This document shows positions 31,128 through 41,181 of a stretch of DNA of 64,000 nucleotides, piece by piece. The position numbers were made by a program, and so were the translations under genes. Source of the stretch: Candidatus Dormibacteria bacterium (GTDB taxonomy: Bacteria > Chloroflexota > Dormibacteria > Aeolococcales > Aeolococcaceae); assembly GCA_049964715.1 (NCBI GenBank), contig JBMFXB010000008.1:7369-71368 (forward strand), in the 5' to 3' direction. The notes beneath the pieces are model-generated. The model made no database searches, had not been told where the DNA came from, and saw only the letters and a list, made by a program, of their open reading frames with translations. Every line of letters starts with the position of its first letter. Within the stretch, counting starts at the first letter, position 1.

Positions 31128-31562
31128 GGACGGTCGTGCATCCTGGAGAGCCCTTGCTGCAGCAACAGCAAGTGTATCGACCCGTTCATTGCCTGGATTG
31201 CCTGCATGGCCACGTACGTACTCAAATCGCACCAAGCCTGTGACGAGAGGATCAATAGTTGGAAAGAGATCGAGATTGGCATTGCGCTTCCACTGTCGGG
31301 TGAGCCAGTTGATCACACCCTGGCTATCGGTACGGATAAGGATCGGTACACCTGAAGAGTGCTCATTTCCATGAATGACACGAAGTGCTTCCCGAACAGC
31401 GATGAGTTCCTGACGGTTATTCGTCGTCAGGGATTCACCCCCAGAACCTTCCTCAATGCGGCCATCTGGCCACTCAATACGATATGCCCACCCGCCTGGA
31501 CCAGGATTTCCCGAACATGCACCATCGGTGTACACCACGATCTCATTACTCATCAGGCTCAT
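31122..31562 (-). CDS. rnhA: Ribonuclease HI
   Basis: YTDGACSGNPGPGGW, TTNNRQEL, TDSQ, VRGHAG, GNERVD. Confidence 0.95.
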   Translation of the reverse strand: MSLMSNEIVVYTDGACSGNPGPGGWAYRIEWPDGRIEEGSGGESLTTNNRQELIAVREALRVIHGNEHSSGVPILIRTDSQGVINWLTRQWKRNANLDLFPTIDPLVTGLVRFEYVRGHAGNPGNERVDTLAVAAARALQDARPSS

Positions 31563-32026
31563 CTCCCCGACAGCCGCCACACGCAATAGGACCGCCCACG
31601 GTCCATGAAGACATCGTACGCATCAATGTCACACTGTTGTGCTGAAATCGATGCCTCGACCATATCCGCATGTTGCATGGGCTGAAGCACTACCCACTGT
31701 GGTTTCCGGGCAAGTGCATCACCAAGCATGCGTGCAATGGTATTACCGCCCATCCCTGCAATGACAATGGTTGCAACTTCCTCAATGTGAATGGGCTCGA
31801 GGGAGTGTCCCTTCCGTACCTCGATCATGCCTGCACAATCTGGGGCACGTGCAATTGCCTGGAGAAGACGGGGATATGATCCTCCTATCTCTGTTGCAAT
31901 GACACGTGACATAACCTGCCTCACGCGGCTGAGAGCAAGCTGTCCATCCCCTGCACCAATGTCTGCAATGTCGCCATGATGGGGAATGGCAGCAAGCACA
32001 TGCTGTAAACGGAGTGGAAGTGACAC
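31559..32026 (-). CDS. trmK: tRNA (adenine22-N1)-methyltransferase-like, short form
   Basis: RL...IADIGAGDG, IVIAGMGG, VLQPM; lacks the usual C-terminal helices. Confidence 0.7.
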   Translation of the reverse strand: MSLPLRLQHVLAAIPHHGDIADIGAGDGQLALSRVRQVMSRVIATEIGGSYPRLLQAIARAPDCAGMIEVRKGHSLEPIHIEEVATIVIAGMGGNTIARMLGDALARKPQWVVLQPMQHADMVEASISAQQCDIDAYDVFMDRGRSYCVWRLSGR

Positions 32027-32083
32027 CTTTCAATTCTGCAGTACGTACAATAGGTAATGCACACTACCGAAAGGAAAAACCCC

Positions 32084-32884
32084 ATGCCGTCACACACACT
32101 AGCACCATTCGATCCCAAGAGAGTTGCACCATGGTACCGGGGTGCTGGCACCCACGGCGTTCTCCTTCTTCACGGATTTACCAGCACACCAATTGAAATG
32201 CGGGGACTTGGTGAACACCTCCATCGTCGTGGATATCGCTGTGCAATTCCTGCTCTTCCCGGTCATGCAACTACTCCCCAGCATCTCCAGGCCACACGTT
32301 GGCACGACTGGGTCGAAAGTGCTCTTCATGAGGTGGACATTCTTCTTGCAGAGTGCAGCTCTGTTGCCATAGTTGGTCAATCAATGGGCGGCAATATTGC
32401 CCTTCATGTTGCTGCACTTCGTCCTCGTATTGGTGCAGTGGCCACAATCGGTGCTCCTCTGAGATTGCACGATGCACGTATTACAGCACTTCCTGTCATG
32501 AAGCACATCATTCGGTGGCACACTCCTGGTCATGATGTCGATCTCCACTCGCCACAGGCAGTTGCAGACCTCGACTCCTACGGCAAGTGGCCAACTGCAG
32601 CAATCCTTGAACTGAGTCGTCTTCTCCAACAAACAGAACACCTCCTTCCCTGCATTCGCCAGCCAGTACTCCTTCTGCACGGTGGCCATGACCGCACAGT
32701 ATCCCCCTCCAATGCTGCAGAGCTTGAACACCGCCTCACTGGCAGCACTGAAGTACACCGAACAATGTATTGGCGTGACGGGCATGCACTCACTGTCGAT
32801 ACTGACAAGGAGTCCGTATACACTGAAATTGCTGAGTGGCTGAAGCGTCACCTTGGAACCCCTGAAGCTGCAGGTACCCCATGA
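32084..32884 (+). CDS. Carboxylesterase/monoacylglycerol lipase (alpha/beta hydrolase)
   Basis: LLLHGFTS, LPGH, GQSMGG, DRTV, GHAL. Confidence 0.88.
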   Translation: MPSHTLAPFDPKRVAPWYRGAGTHGVLLLHGFTSTPIEMRGLGEHLHRRGYRCAIPALPGHATTPQHLQATRWHDWVESALHEVDILLAECSSVAIVGQSMGGNIALHVAALRPRIGAVATIGAPLRLHDARITALPVMKHIIRWHTPGHDVDLHSPQAVADLDSYGKWPTAAILELSRLLQQTEHLLPCIRQPVLLLHGGHDRTVSPSNAAELEHRLTGSTEVHRTMYWRDGHALTVDTDKESVYTEIAEWLKRHLGTPEAAGTP

Positions 32885-33504
32885 TCTCCATCGATGCCTC
32901 GACACTGAGGAACACCCTCACGCCACGGCTCCTCCCTCTCCATGAACAACCACAACCGCCATCTTTACCACTCCCTCTTGCAGCAGTCCTTGTACTTGTA
33001 GACGAAACATCCCCTGAACTTCCCATCCTCTTTACCGTACGTTCAACCTCCCTTGAACACCATCCCGGTGAGATCGCCTTTCCTGGAGGACACCATGAAG
33101 CTCGTGATGGAACCCTTGCTGCTACTGCACTTCGTGAAGCACAGGAAGAAGTGAATCTTCCCCCCTCCAATGTGGAACTCCTTGGATACCTTCCCTCCTC
33201 TCAGACACGAAGTTCAAACGTCTGGCTCACTCCGACAGTCGGTATGCTTCGATCCGCCTGGAAGCCGCGCCTGCAGGCAGAAGAGGTGACCTCCTACTTC
33301 TGGGCTCCACTTGCAAAGCTCCTCACGAGCCCCCATGCAACAACTGTGCTTCATGTCGAAAAGCGCGATCGACTGGTGCATGCCTTTACGATCGACGACC
33401 ACATCATCTGGGGAGTCACAGGAAATATCGTTGCAGATCTTCTGAGACTTTTGGGAGGAGAGAACCCTCCAGATCCAACTGTCCCTTTCCCAATTACGCT
33501 GTAA
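32881..33504 (+). CDS. Nudix hydrolase, CoA pyrophosphatase family
   Basis: AAVL, HPGEIAFPGG, TALREAQEEV, IWGVTG. Confidence 0.88.
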   Translation: MISIDASTLRNTLTPRLLPLHEQPQPPSLPLPLAAVLVLVDETSPELPILFTVRSTSLEHHPGEIAFPGGHHEARDGTLAATALREAQEEVNLPPSNVELLGYLPSSQTRSSNVWLTPTVGMLRSAWKPRLQAEEVTSYFWAPLAKLLTSPHATTVLHVEKRDRLVHAFTIDDHIIWGVTGNIVADLLRLLGGENPPDPTVPFPITL

Positions 33505-34357
33505 GCATATTTCCAGCACGCGCAACCACACTGTCACATGCGCGCACAAGTACTGGCCAGAATTTTGACGGATCTGTAAGAAAGGCGAAATGCCCGTGAG
33601 GGGAGGTGACAACATGATCCCGTGCACCGGGAATGTGTTCCACAAGCCACTGCTGATCACATGGCAGTGCAAGGGTATCCCGGGTTGTCCTCACAACTGA
33701 GACAGGTACGTCTATGCGTGGGATCCAGGATTTTGAGCTGAAGTGTGCAATGGCATCTGCTGCCTGGGTGAGTGCCAAGGGATCGTGAAGAACAACATCA
33801 CTCACTTTATTGACAACAGGAACATGTCGTAGAAAGCCGAGTGATTTCATTGATGTCTTTGTCACTGCTCGTGTGAGTGGCATCCGTGCATACATCCTTG
33901 CAGCCTGGGACACCACATCCCGCAGTGGTCGAGCCTGCGAGAATTCCGCAGCAGTTGATGCCAGAACAAGTCCTGCCACCTGTTCTGGATGTCGTTGCCA
34001 AAGAAGCTGTGCAACAGGTCCCCCCATGGAGTACCCCACAACATGTGCCTTTGGAATCCGGTACTGCCGAAGGAGTGCTGAGAGATCATCTGCACAGTCC
34101 TCAAGCGAAAAAGGGGTGGTTTGGAACCCTCCCAGGGGCCGAATGCCACGTCCATGACCCCTGAGGTCCATGGCTATGACACGATATCGCTTTCCAAGCT
34201 CCTCGAGAACAGGAAACCAGTTCACTTCACTGCTTGCAACCCAACCATGAACAAGAAGCAAGACTGGAGCATGTCTTGGTCCCTTCACTTCACGGACAAA
34301 GGTCGTTCCCCGTCCTGGGAGATGGACCTTGTGCTCCATGATCGACGAATCCAGCAT
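33494..34357 (-). CDS. Alpha/beta hydrolase
   Basis: LLVHGW, DLRGHG, GYSMGG, HGH. Confidence 0.85.
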   Translation of the reverse strand: MLDSSIMEHKVHLPGRGTTFVREVKGPRHAPVLLLVHGWVASSEVNWFPVLEELGKRYRVIAMDLRGHGRGIRPLGGFQTTPFSLEDCADDLSALLRQYRIPKAHVVGYSMGGPVAQLLWQRHPEQVAGLVLASTAAEFSQARPLRDVVSQAARMYARMPLTRAVTKTSMKSLGFLRHVPVVNKVSDVVLHDPLALTQAADAIAHFSSKSWIPRIDVPVSVVRTTRDTLALPCDQQWLVEHIPGARDHVVTSPHGHFAFLTDPSKFWPVLVRACDSVVARAGNMLTA

Positions 34358-34475
34358 TGTCCTGCTTCCTCATGCATCTCGTGTATCAATACTCCCTGAA
34401 TTGTACGAAAGTAAAGTCGGACACATCGAGGACAATCCCAAAGTACACAGGAATAGGCGCTACCCCTGCAGCACC

Positions 34476-35138
34476 TTACCTCCACTGAATGAAGGGATTT
34501 TCTTCCTTCTCTTCAGCTATCGTTGTCTTGTCACCATGACCCGGATACACAGTACATTCCCCTGGAAGGGTGTACAGCACTGTACGGACAGATCGTTCGA
34601 GTTCCACCCATGACCCCAGTGGGAGATCTGTCCTTCCAACGCCTCTTCTGAAGAGCGTGTCCCCAGTGAATACCAATCCATTCCATGCAAAGCAGACAGA
34701 TCCCGGAGTATGACCTGGTGTTGGTTGCACGTCCATTGACCCGCCAGTCCATGTCAACGATGGACTGGTGGCAAGATCCTCAGTCGCCTCATAAGACGCA
34801 GCAGCATCCCAGGGAAACCCCCGTGATGACCAGTCCACAGCAAGAAGTGGCTTGTCAGCCGAGTGATAGGCAATGCGTGAATCATATTTCTTCCGAAGGA
34901 GCGGAAGACCAAAACAGTGATCAGGATGTGCATGAGTGAGTGCAACAATCTCCGTTCTCAAATGAAGATCATCGAGCCAGGCATGGACAGCATCAGTCTG
35001 GAACCCTGGATCGAAAACACACACATCCGATGCACCTTTGGGAACCAGGACATAGCAGTTCTCACCGGCAAGGGTATCCCTGAAGCAGTAGATTGTCAGG
35101 GAGCCTGAACGTATGCTGTCTGGGCTGTCAATGCTCAT
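34476..35138 (-). CDS. MBL-fold metallohydrolase (glyoxalase II-like)
   Basis: THAHPDH, TPGHTPG, FTGDTLF, GRTDL, YPGHG. Confidence 0.9.
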   Translation of the reverse strand: MSIDSPDSIRSGSLTIYCFRDTLAGENCYVLVPKGASDVCVFDPGFQTDAVHAWLDDLHLRTEIVALTHAHPDHCFGLPLLRKKYDSRIAYHSADKPLLAVDWSSRGFPWDAAASYEATEDLATSPSLTWTGGSMDVQPTPGHTPGSVCFAWNGLVFTGDTLFRRGVGRTDLPLGSWVELERSVRTVLYTLPGECTVYPGHGDKTTIAEEKEENPFIQWR

Positions 35139-37660
35139 GAAGTAATTGGACCATGGCCAAGGGGGAGAGCGAACCCTACTGCCCGTCGCTGTTGGACTGA
35201 TGGAGCAGGAAGAAGTGCATGCTTCAATACTTCTGACACATGTCTCACAGGTATGACAGTCATCGGAGCAAGAAGCTCTCCATCAATCTCCGCTAGATCC
35301 TGCATATTCTTCTCAGGCAAGATGAAGGTCAAGATTCCACTTCTCCTTGCAGCAAGAAGCTTATCCTTGATTCCTCCAACAGGCAGTACCTGGCCACGGA
35401 GGGTCACTTCACCTGTCATTGCCAAATCTCGTCGAACAGGACGCTTCGATGCAGTACTCATGAGTGCAACGACAATTGTCACACCAGCGGACGGTCCATC
35501 CTTTGGAATGGCGGCCTGGGGTACATGCACATGAAAACCAACTCCATCGAAAAACCCCTTTTCGACACCATATTCATCCGCATGTGCCCGAACCCAGGAA
35601 AGTGCAGTTCGTGCTGACTCTTCCATCACCTCACCTATCTGACCGGTGAGTGTGAACCCAGAGCTTCCCTGAATGGCAATCGACTCAACAGTGACAATGT
35701 CACCTCCAACCTCGCTTACAACTACACCCGTGACAGTGCCAACTTCGTCCTCTTCTCGAGCTTCTCCATAGAAGTACCGTTTTGGACCAAGGAACTCCTC
35801 CAGAAGAGCACTCGTTACTGTAATGCGCTTTTTCCCCGATGTCTCAAGGAGTTTCGGAATTTTCCTTGCAATCTCGGCAAGAGACCTGTCAAGTTGGCGA
35901 ACGCCAGCTTCGTGGGTATACGAATGGATCACTTCCCCAATGACATCGTCTGGAATCCGAAGCTCCCCTGACGTGAGAGCATGCTCACGCAGTTGGCGAG
36001 GTAGAAGGTGTCGTGTGGCAATTGCCCGCTTTTCTTCCTCAGTGTATCCACTTATCCTGATGATTTCCATGCGATCCCGTAGTGCAGGCATGATGGTCTC
36101 CATCATGTTTGCAGTGGTGATGAAAAGAACATCCGACAAGTCGTACGGGATCTCAAGGTAGTGATCTCGAAATTCAAAATTCTGCTCCGGATCCAGGACT
36201 TCCAAAAGGGCTGCAGAGGGGTCACCCCGGAAATCCGCACCTATCTTGTCGATTTCATCAAGCATGATGACAGGATTCGTCGTACCTGCCTGACGCATGG
36301 CCTGAAGAATTCTGCCTGGCAAGGCACCGATGTATGTTCGGCGATGTCCACGGATCTCAGCCTCATCACGGACTCCTCCAAGCGAGAGCCTGATGAATGG
36401 ACGATCCAGTGCAGTTGCAATACTCTTGCCAAGGGATGTCTTTCCCACGCCTGGTGGACCAACAAAGCAGAGAATGGGGGTGTGAAGTTTCGATGATTCG
36501 TGATCCTTGTGCTTGTGTTCGTTACGCTGCTGCTCCAGACGCTGGAGAATACGCTGTCGAACTGCAAGCCACTCCAGAATTCGATTCTTCACTTTCATGA
36601 GACCGTAGTGATCCTGGTCGAGAACAGCTTGGGCATCAGCTATGGCAACTGGCTTCTCGGGAGTATGGTCCCACGGCAAATCCAGCACAAGATCGATCCA
36701 GGATCGAACGATTCCCACCTCCGGAGACATTGTGGGAATCTGCTCAAGCCTGTTGAGCTCCTTGAGAACACGATGACGGACCTCTTCAGGAAGCGGCAGG
36801 CTCTCAATCCTGCTCCTGGTATCCTCCTCATCATCCTCACGGTCCCCAGAGATCTCGCTGAGTTCCTTTCGAAGTGCTTGCAGCTGCTCGCGAAGAATGT
36901 GCTCACGTTGAGTGTTATTCATCGTGCGCTGCACATCCTCAGTAATCTTCGCCCGCAGTTTCGCTACTTCGAGGAGTCGTGCATAAATGGGAAGAAGTGC
37001 AGTTAGACGCTTTGCAGTGCGAGTTTCCTGGAGCAGTTCAATCTTTGTATCAAGCGAAATCTCTGGAGCTGACGCTGCATAGTCAGCAATTGCAGCAGGA
37101 TCATCCTCCCGTGCAAGAGCCACTGCCATGTCCGGCGTTACCCCTCCTCCTGCAGCAACGTATTCACTGAACATCTGCTTGATGCTTCCAGCTGCTGCCT
37201 CTGCCCGTGTATCCACTGCTGGGTCATCTGCAAGGAGATCAACGGTAGCAAACCACGCATCACCAACGGCACTGACTGAGCGGATTCGTACACGCTGTTG
37301 TCCTTCGACCAGTGCCTGGGCTGCTCCTGCTGGTAGCCGACGAAATGCACCAACAGCAGCAACAATGCCTACAGGATAGACTGTCTTTTTGGTGATGTCT
37401 TCCCCTTCCGGACTGCGCTGGATTGCGAGTATGACCTGACTCTGGGTAGACACTGCAGTTTCCAGGGAGCCAACGGATCGTGACCGTGCTGCAGCAAGGG
37501 GAGCAATCTGGCGGGGAAAGACGACATTGTCCCTGAGTGGGATAAGGGGCAGGCGGAGTCGTGTCTCCACAATGAGCAGGTCTGGTGACTCCTCATTGTG
37601 GAGTGCCTTGCGGCGTCGCTTTGGAGCTGTATCGTTTTCAGGTGTGGTTTCAGTACTCAT
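35135..37660 (-). CDS. lon: ATP-dependent protease La
   Basis: LON_N domain (LPLIPLR), GPPGVGKTS, RGHRRTYIG, LDEIDK, PKDGPSAG, GGIKDK. Confidence 0.97.
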   Translation of the reverse strand: MSTETTPENDTAPKRRRKALHNEESPDLLIVETRLRLPLIPLRDNVVFPRQIAPLAAARSRSVGSLETAVSTQSQVILAIQRSPEGEDITKKTVYPVGIVAAVGAFRRLPAGAAQALVEGQQRVRIRSVSAVGDAWFATVDLLADDPAVDTRAEAAAGSIKQMFSEYVAAGGGVTPDMAVALAREDDPAAIADYAASAPEISLDTKIELLQETRTAKRLTALLPIYARLLEVAKLRAKITEDVQRTMNNTQREHILREQLQALRKELSEISGDREDDEEDTRSRIESLPLPEEVRHRVLKELNRLEQIPTMSPEVGIVRSWIDLVLDLPWDHTPEKPVAIADAQAVLDQDHYGLMKVKNRILEWLAVRQRILQRLEQQRNEHKHKDHESSKLHTPILCFVGPPGVGKTSLGKSIATALDRPFIRLSLGGVRDEAEIRGHRRTYIGALPGRILQAMRQAGTTNPVIMLDEIDKIGADFRGDPSAALLEVLDPEQNFEFRDHYLEIPYDLSDVLFITTANMMETIMPALRDRMEIIRISGYTEEEKRAIATRHLLPRQLREHALTSGELRIPDDVIGEVIHSYTHEAGVRQLDRSLAEIARKIPKLLETSGKKRITVTSALLEEFLGPKRYFYGEAREEDEVGTVTGVVVSEVGGDIVTVESIAIQGSSGFTLTGQIGEVMEESARTALSWVRAHADEYGVEKGFFDGVGFHVHVPQAAIPKDGPSAGVTIVVALMSTASKRPVRRDLAMTGEVTLRGQVLPVGGIKDKLLAARRSGILTFILPEKNMQDLAEIDGELLAPMTVIPVRHVSEVLKHALLPAPSVQQRRAVGFALPLGHGPITS

Positions 37661-37717
37661 GTATCCCTCAGGATACCGCGTTCCAAAGGATCGAAACCTG
37701 TCAGTCTTGGAATGAGA

Positions 37718-38296
37718 CTACAGTACTATTCCCTCACGCAGGCATTCACGGATGAACTGTGCGGAGTGCATGATGCGGGCACCTGCTCTGTGCATTTCCT
37801 GCAGTGCCCGTTTTCCATCTCCAGCAGTGACATCGACTGCCCTGACAGCATCGTCAAGGACTGTCACCGTGTAACCCAACTTCATAGCATCCAGTACAGT
37901 GGCTCGTACACAGTAGTCTGTCGCAAGTCCACCGATGACAAGTTCCGTGATACCTTGCTTCTGGAGAAGGCGATGAAGATGTGTCCCATCGAAGCCAGAA
38001 TATGCATCAGTCCCACGATCTGTCCCTTTGTCCACAACGGTTCCAGCAAGTGCTGCAATTGCAGGATGGAGCTCAGCACCTGGCGTACCTGTCACACAAT
38101 GTGGTGGCCATGTGCCACCGTTAGCAACAAAACTCACATGGTCAGCCGGATGGTAATCCCGTGTTGCAACAACGAGTGAACAATGGGCAGCAACTGCCTG
38201 GAGTGGCTCAATTACACCATCTCCCCCTGGAACAGCCAAGCTTCCGCCTGGAAGAAAATCATGTTCTACATCTACACAAATGAGTGCCCGTGTCAT
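37718..38296 (-). CDS. pncA: Nicotinamidase
   Basis: VDVEHDF, RDYHP, WPPHC, YSGF, GLATDYCV; ATGA overlap with pncB. Confidence 0.92.
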   Translation of the reverse strand: MTRALICVDVEHDFLPGGSLAVPGGDGVIEPLQAVAAHCSLVVATRDYHPADHVSFVANGGTWPPHCVTGTPGAELHPAIAALAGTVVDKGTDRGTDAYSGFDGTHLHRLLQKQGITELVIGGLATDYCVRATVLDAMKLGYTVTVLDDAVRAVDVTAGDGKRALQEMHRAGARIMHSAQFIRECLREGIVL

Positions 38297-39651
38297 GATG
38301 CTGCCACAGTCGCTGTTCCACGACTTCTCCTCACGTGGTCTGTCATGAGTTCCTCCTTGAGATCTGTCAGTGCACTGCTCAGCTGCACACCAAATGTTGC
38401 AGTAGGGTGTGGGAGCCGTAAAGGGCCAGGAAGGTGTTCCATAAGCACAGAGCACCTATTCCTAATTTCGGCAAGGGAAGGAAGGTCAGAGCTCACACGT
38501 CCTGCCTCCATAACGCGATGAAGGAGTCCATCCCCCGAAATCTTCTCATCGACAAGTCCGACTATGTCATGCCAGGCATTCTGTCGAAACACTTGATGCA
38601 TTCCGGGATTCGTTGCCTTCTCCTGTGAGCACTTCATGAGAGGCTCCCACTTCCCATCAATTTGCTGAGCTACCAGTTTGTACACTCCACTGAGATTTGG
38701 GGCATCAGCAGACGTTCCCAGCATGGTGCCCACACCAAAACTATCGATTGGTGCTCCCTTGGCAATGAATTCAGCAATGCGGTATTCATCGAGATCGCTT
38801 GAAGCAATTATTTGCGTCGATGCCATCCCTGCTTCATCAAGCATCTTCCGTGCAAGAATTGCATGTGCCACAAGATCCCCTGAATCTATGCGAATTCCCT
38901 GGAGCGGAATTCCTGTAGATCGTGCTGCCTCAATTGCATGCTGTATTCCACTCCGAACATCATAGGTATCCACAAGCAGAATTCCACTGGTCGGGAATTC
39001 ATGAAGAAAGGCAGCAAACGCCTCCTCCTCGCCATCCATGCCACAGGAAAGCACATAGTGGTGTGCCATGGTACCTGTTGTTGGAATTCCAAGCACTTTA
39101 CCGGCCTCAACCGTTGCAGTACCTTTTGCACCCGCTATCCATGCTGCACGTGCTGTAGGAACTCCTGCTCCTATCCCATGAAGTCGTCGTAGGGAAAAAT
39201 CCCATATGGAACGTCCTAATGCTGCATCAACAATCTTTCGCGTCTTTGAAGCAATCATGGTCTGGTGTGTGATGATGGCGACAATTGCACTCTCCACAAG
39301 CGTTGCTTCTATTCGTGGTGCAATGATGCGAAGCAGCGGTTCACCAGCACCCACTGGCGTTCCCTCGGGAATGGCATCGACTGATCCTGTAAAGTGCACG
39401 TCCTGAAGGTATGCAAGAAATGCTTGATCGTATCGACCCCCAGATGCAAGATAGGAAAGTTCATCACTGTTGAAGGAAAACTCTTCGAGAAACGTAAGCA
39501 CATCGCTGAGTCCTGCAGCAATGAGGTATCCACGCTCAGCTGGAAGTGAGCGGACAAACAGTTCGAAAGCGACGACTCCTGTATCTTGCCGACGCCAGAA
39601 TGACTGCGACATCGTAAGTTCATATTCGTCGCAAAGCAGGGCTCCAGACAT
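38293..39651 (-). CDS. pncB: Nicotinamide/nicotinate phosphoribosyltransferase
   Basis: DEYELTM, FSLRRLHG, GTMAH, LVDTYD, RIDSGDL, GVGT, GVYKL. Confidence 0.9.
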   Translation of the reverse strand: MSGALLCDEYELTMSQSFWRRQDTGVVAFELFVRSLPAERGYLIAAGLSDVLTFLEEFSFNSDELSYLASGGRYDQAFLAYLQDVHFTGSVDAIPEGTPVGAGEPLLRIIAPRIEATLVESAIVAIITHQTMIASKTRKIVDAALGRSIWDFSLRRLHGIGAGVPTARAAWIAGAKGTATVEAGKVLGIPTTGTMAHHYVLSCGMDGEEEAFAAFLHEFPTSGILLVDTYDVRSGIQHAIEAARSTGIPLQGIRIDSGDLVAHAILARKMLDEAGMASTQIIASSDLDEYRIAEFIAKGAPIDSFGVGTMLGTSADAPNLSGVYKLVAQQIDGKWEPLMKCSQEKATNPGMHQVFRQNAWHDIVGLVDEKISGDGLLHRVMEAGRVSSDLPSLAEIRNRCSVLMEHLPGPLRLPHPTATFGVQLSSALTDLKEELMTDHVRRSRGTATVAAS

Positions 39652-39662
39652 GGCAAGTCTCC

Positions 39663-39683
39663 TTTAGGTCATTTTTACTCAAA
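39663..39683. promoter_or_regulatory. NrtR operator upstream of pncB
   Basis: 21-bp imperfect palindrome TTTAG-GT-CATTTTT-AC-TCAAA (GT-N7-AC core), directly downstream of an extended -10 TGGTACAGT on the minus strand. Confidence 0.75.
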
Positions 39684-39714
39684 TACTGTACCACACTGCC
39701 ATTCCGGAAAAACT

Positions 39715-40458
39715 TCATGTCCTCGCGCTGCGGGTCTTTCTTGCTGGCACACGTGATCTCCTTTCACTCCAGGAAGGTGTGGCCTCCATAAACTCGTAAC
39801 AGTCAGCTGGACGACCCGACTTTCCCAAGACACGGTTCCCTGTGCGCTGAACAAGTCCTGAAGCAATGAGTTCCCTTCGAAAGTTTGAGGGCTCATACTG
39901 CATGCCACTGATCTCTTCAAACACGTGCCGAGCCTCAGGCATAGTGAACTCCCTGGGCAGAAGTCCTACTGCAATATTCGAATACCAGAGTTTTCCACGG
40001 AGGCGATCAACTCCATCACGAATCATGGCATCGTGGTCAAACGCGAGGTCTGGGAGGGAGTCTACTGGCCACCACTTTCCAGCGTCTCGCAGTACCCGCT
40101 CATCAGCTTCATGGCCATGCAGGTTGTGAGCAGGGATGAGAGCAAGATAGGCAATTGCAACGATCCATCCTCGTGGGTCACGCCCAGGACTTGCATACGA
40201 CTTCAGCTGTTCAAGATAGATTTGACCAACAGCTGTCTTCTCTGTCAGTTTTCGCTGTGCTGTATCCTCCGGAGCTTCTCCATACCCGACAAATCCTCCA
40301 GGAAGTCCCCACATACCTTGGTATGGTTCATGAATCCTTCGAACGAGAAGGACTGTCAGTTCACCCTCAACAAGTGCAAACACAACTGGTTCTGCAGTGA
40401 TTCCAGCAGGAGCCTCGTACCCGGAAGTGTTTCGTGCACGAATGGGATTCTCGTTCAT
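39715..40458 (-). CDS. nrtR: Nudix-related transcriptional regulator
   Basis: WGLPGGFV, YLEQL, RDPRG, LAFDH, wHTH NFRR...GRPA; adjacent to pncB-pncA. Confidence 0.9.
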   Translation of the reverse strand: MNENPIRARNTSGYEAPAGITAEPVVFALVEGELTVLLVRRIHEPYQGMWGLPGGFVGYGEAPEDTAQRKLTEKTAVGQIYLEQLKSYASPGRDPRGWIVAIAYLALIPAHNLHGHEADERVLRDAGKWWPVDSLPDLAFDHDAMIRDGVDRLRGKLWYSNIAVGLLPREFTMPEARHVFEEISGMQYEPSNFRRELIASGLVQRTGNRVLGKSGRPADCYEFMEATPSWSERRSRVPARKTRSART

Positions 40459-40507
40459 GGCTCAGCAGACAACTTTGCATGGTGTCATGCATCTATAGTA
40501 TTGAGGT

Positions 40508-41032
40508 ATGGCTGTCAACCGTGCAGGATATCGTGCAGTAGTTCTTGCATTGTGCATTGCATGTGCACTTACAAGCTGCTCACTTCAGACAACACCAGCA
40601 ACAGGCGCTGTTGGTGCGAATGTTCCTCATGTTCCAGCTCCTGCCTTCTCAGGCATGCTGGTAACCGGTGCATCGTTTTCCAGCTCCTCATTTCGAGGGC
40701 ATGTTGTCGTTCTCGATTTCTGGGGATCGTGGTGTGGACCATGCCAGGCAGAACAACCGCATATTACTGCACTGGCACAGGAATTTCTCCCAAAGGGTGT
40801 ACGATTTCTTGGAGTCGATGAACGAGACAACAATGCAGCAGCACTCGCTTTCATCCAGGCAAATCATGTGCCATACACGAGCATCAATGACTCGTCTGCA
40901 ACCGTTGCAGGGCTCTATGGAGTCGATGCTCCACCGTACATTATTGTGATCAACTCTCGAAATGTCATTGTTGGCCGGTACCTTGGCACAACAGCTGGCG
41001 TCGCAAATCAACTCCGTTCGATGGGGTTTTAG
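40508..41032 (+). CDS. TlpA/ResA-family thiol:disulfide oxidoreductase lipoprotein
   Basis: Lipobox LTSC, APAF, FWGSWCGPC. Confidence 0.88.
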   Translation: MAVNRAGYRAVVLALCIACALTSCSLQTTPATGAVGANVPHVPAPAFSGMLVTGASFSSSSFRGHVVVLDFWGSWCGPCQAEQPHITALAQEFLPKGVRFLGVDERDNNAAALAFIQANHVPYTSINDSSATVAGLYGVDAPPYIIVINSRNVIVGRYLGTTAGVANQLRSMGF

Positions 41033-41181
41033 CGTCGGACTTCACCGGAACGTTGCAGATTGTTACAAAATCGTCACAATTTGGTCGATTCCTGCAGTAC
41101 AGTGACTGTAGATTCTTACCCCTAGGAATCCCATGTGAGCACTGGTAGTTGTCTGTACGCAGGTTTGAAGGAGACTTCGCC

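Noticed and set aside
39925-40821. 298-aa plus-strand ORF and similar long overlapping ORFs (e.g. 49216-50109, 10178-10972)
   Set aside because: They overlap well-supported or longer genes and show no recognisable motifs or RBS.
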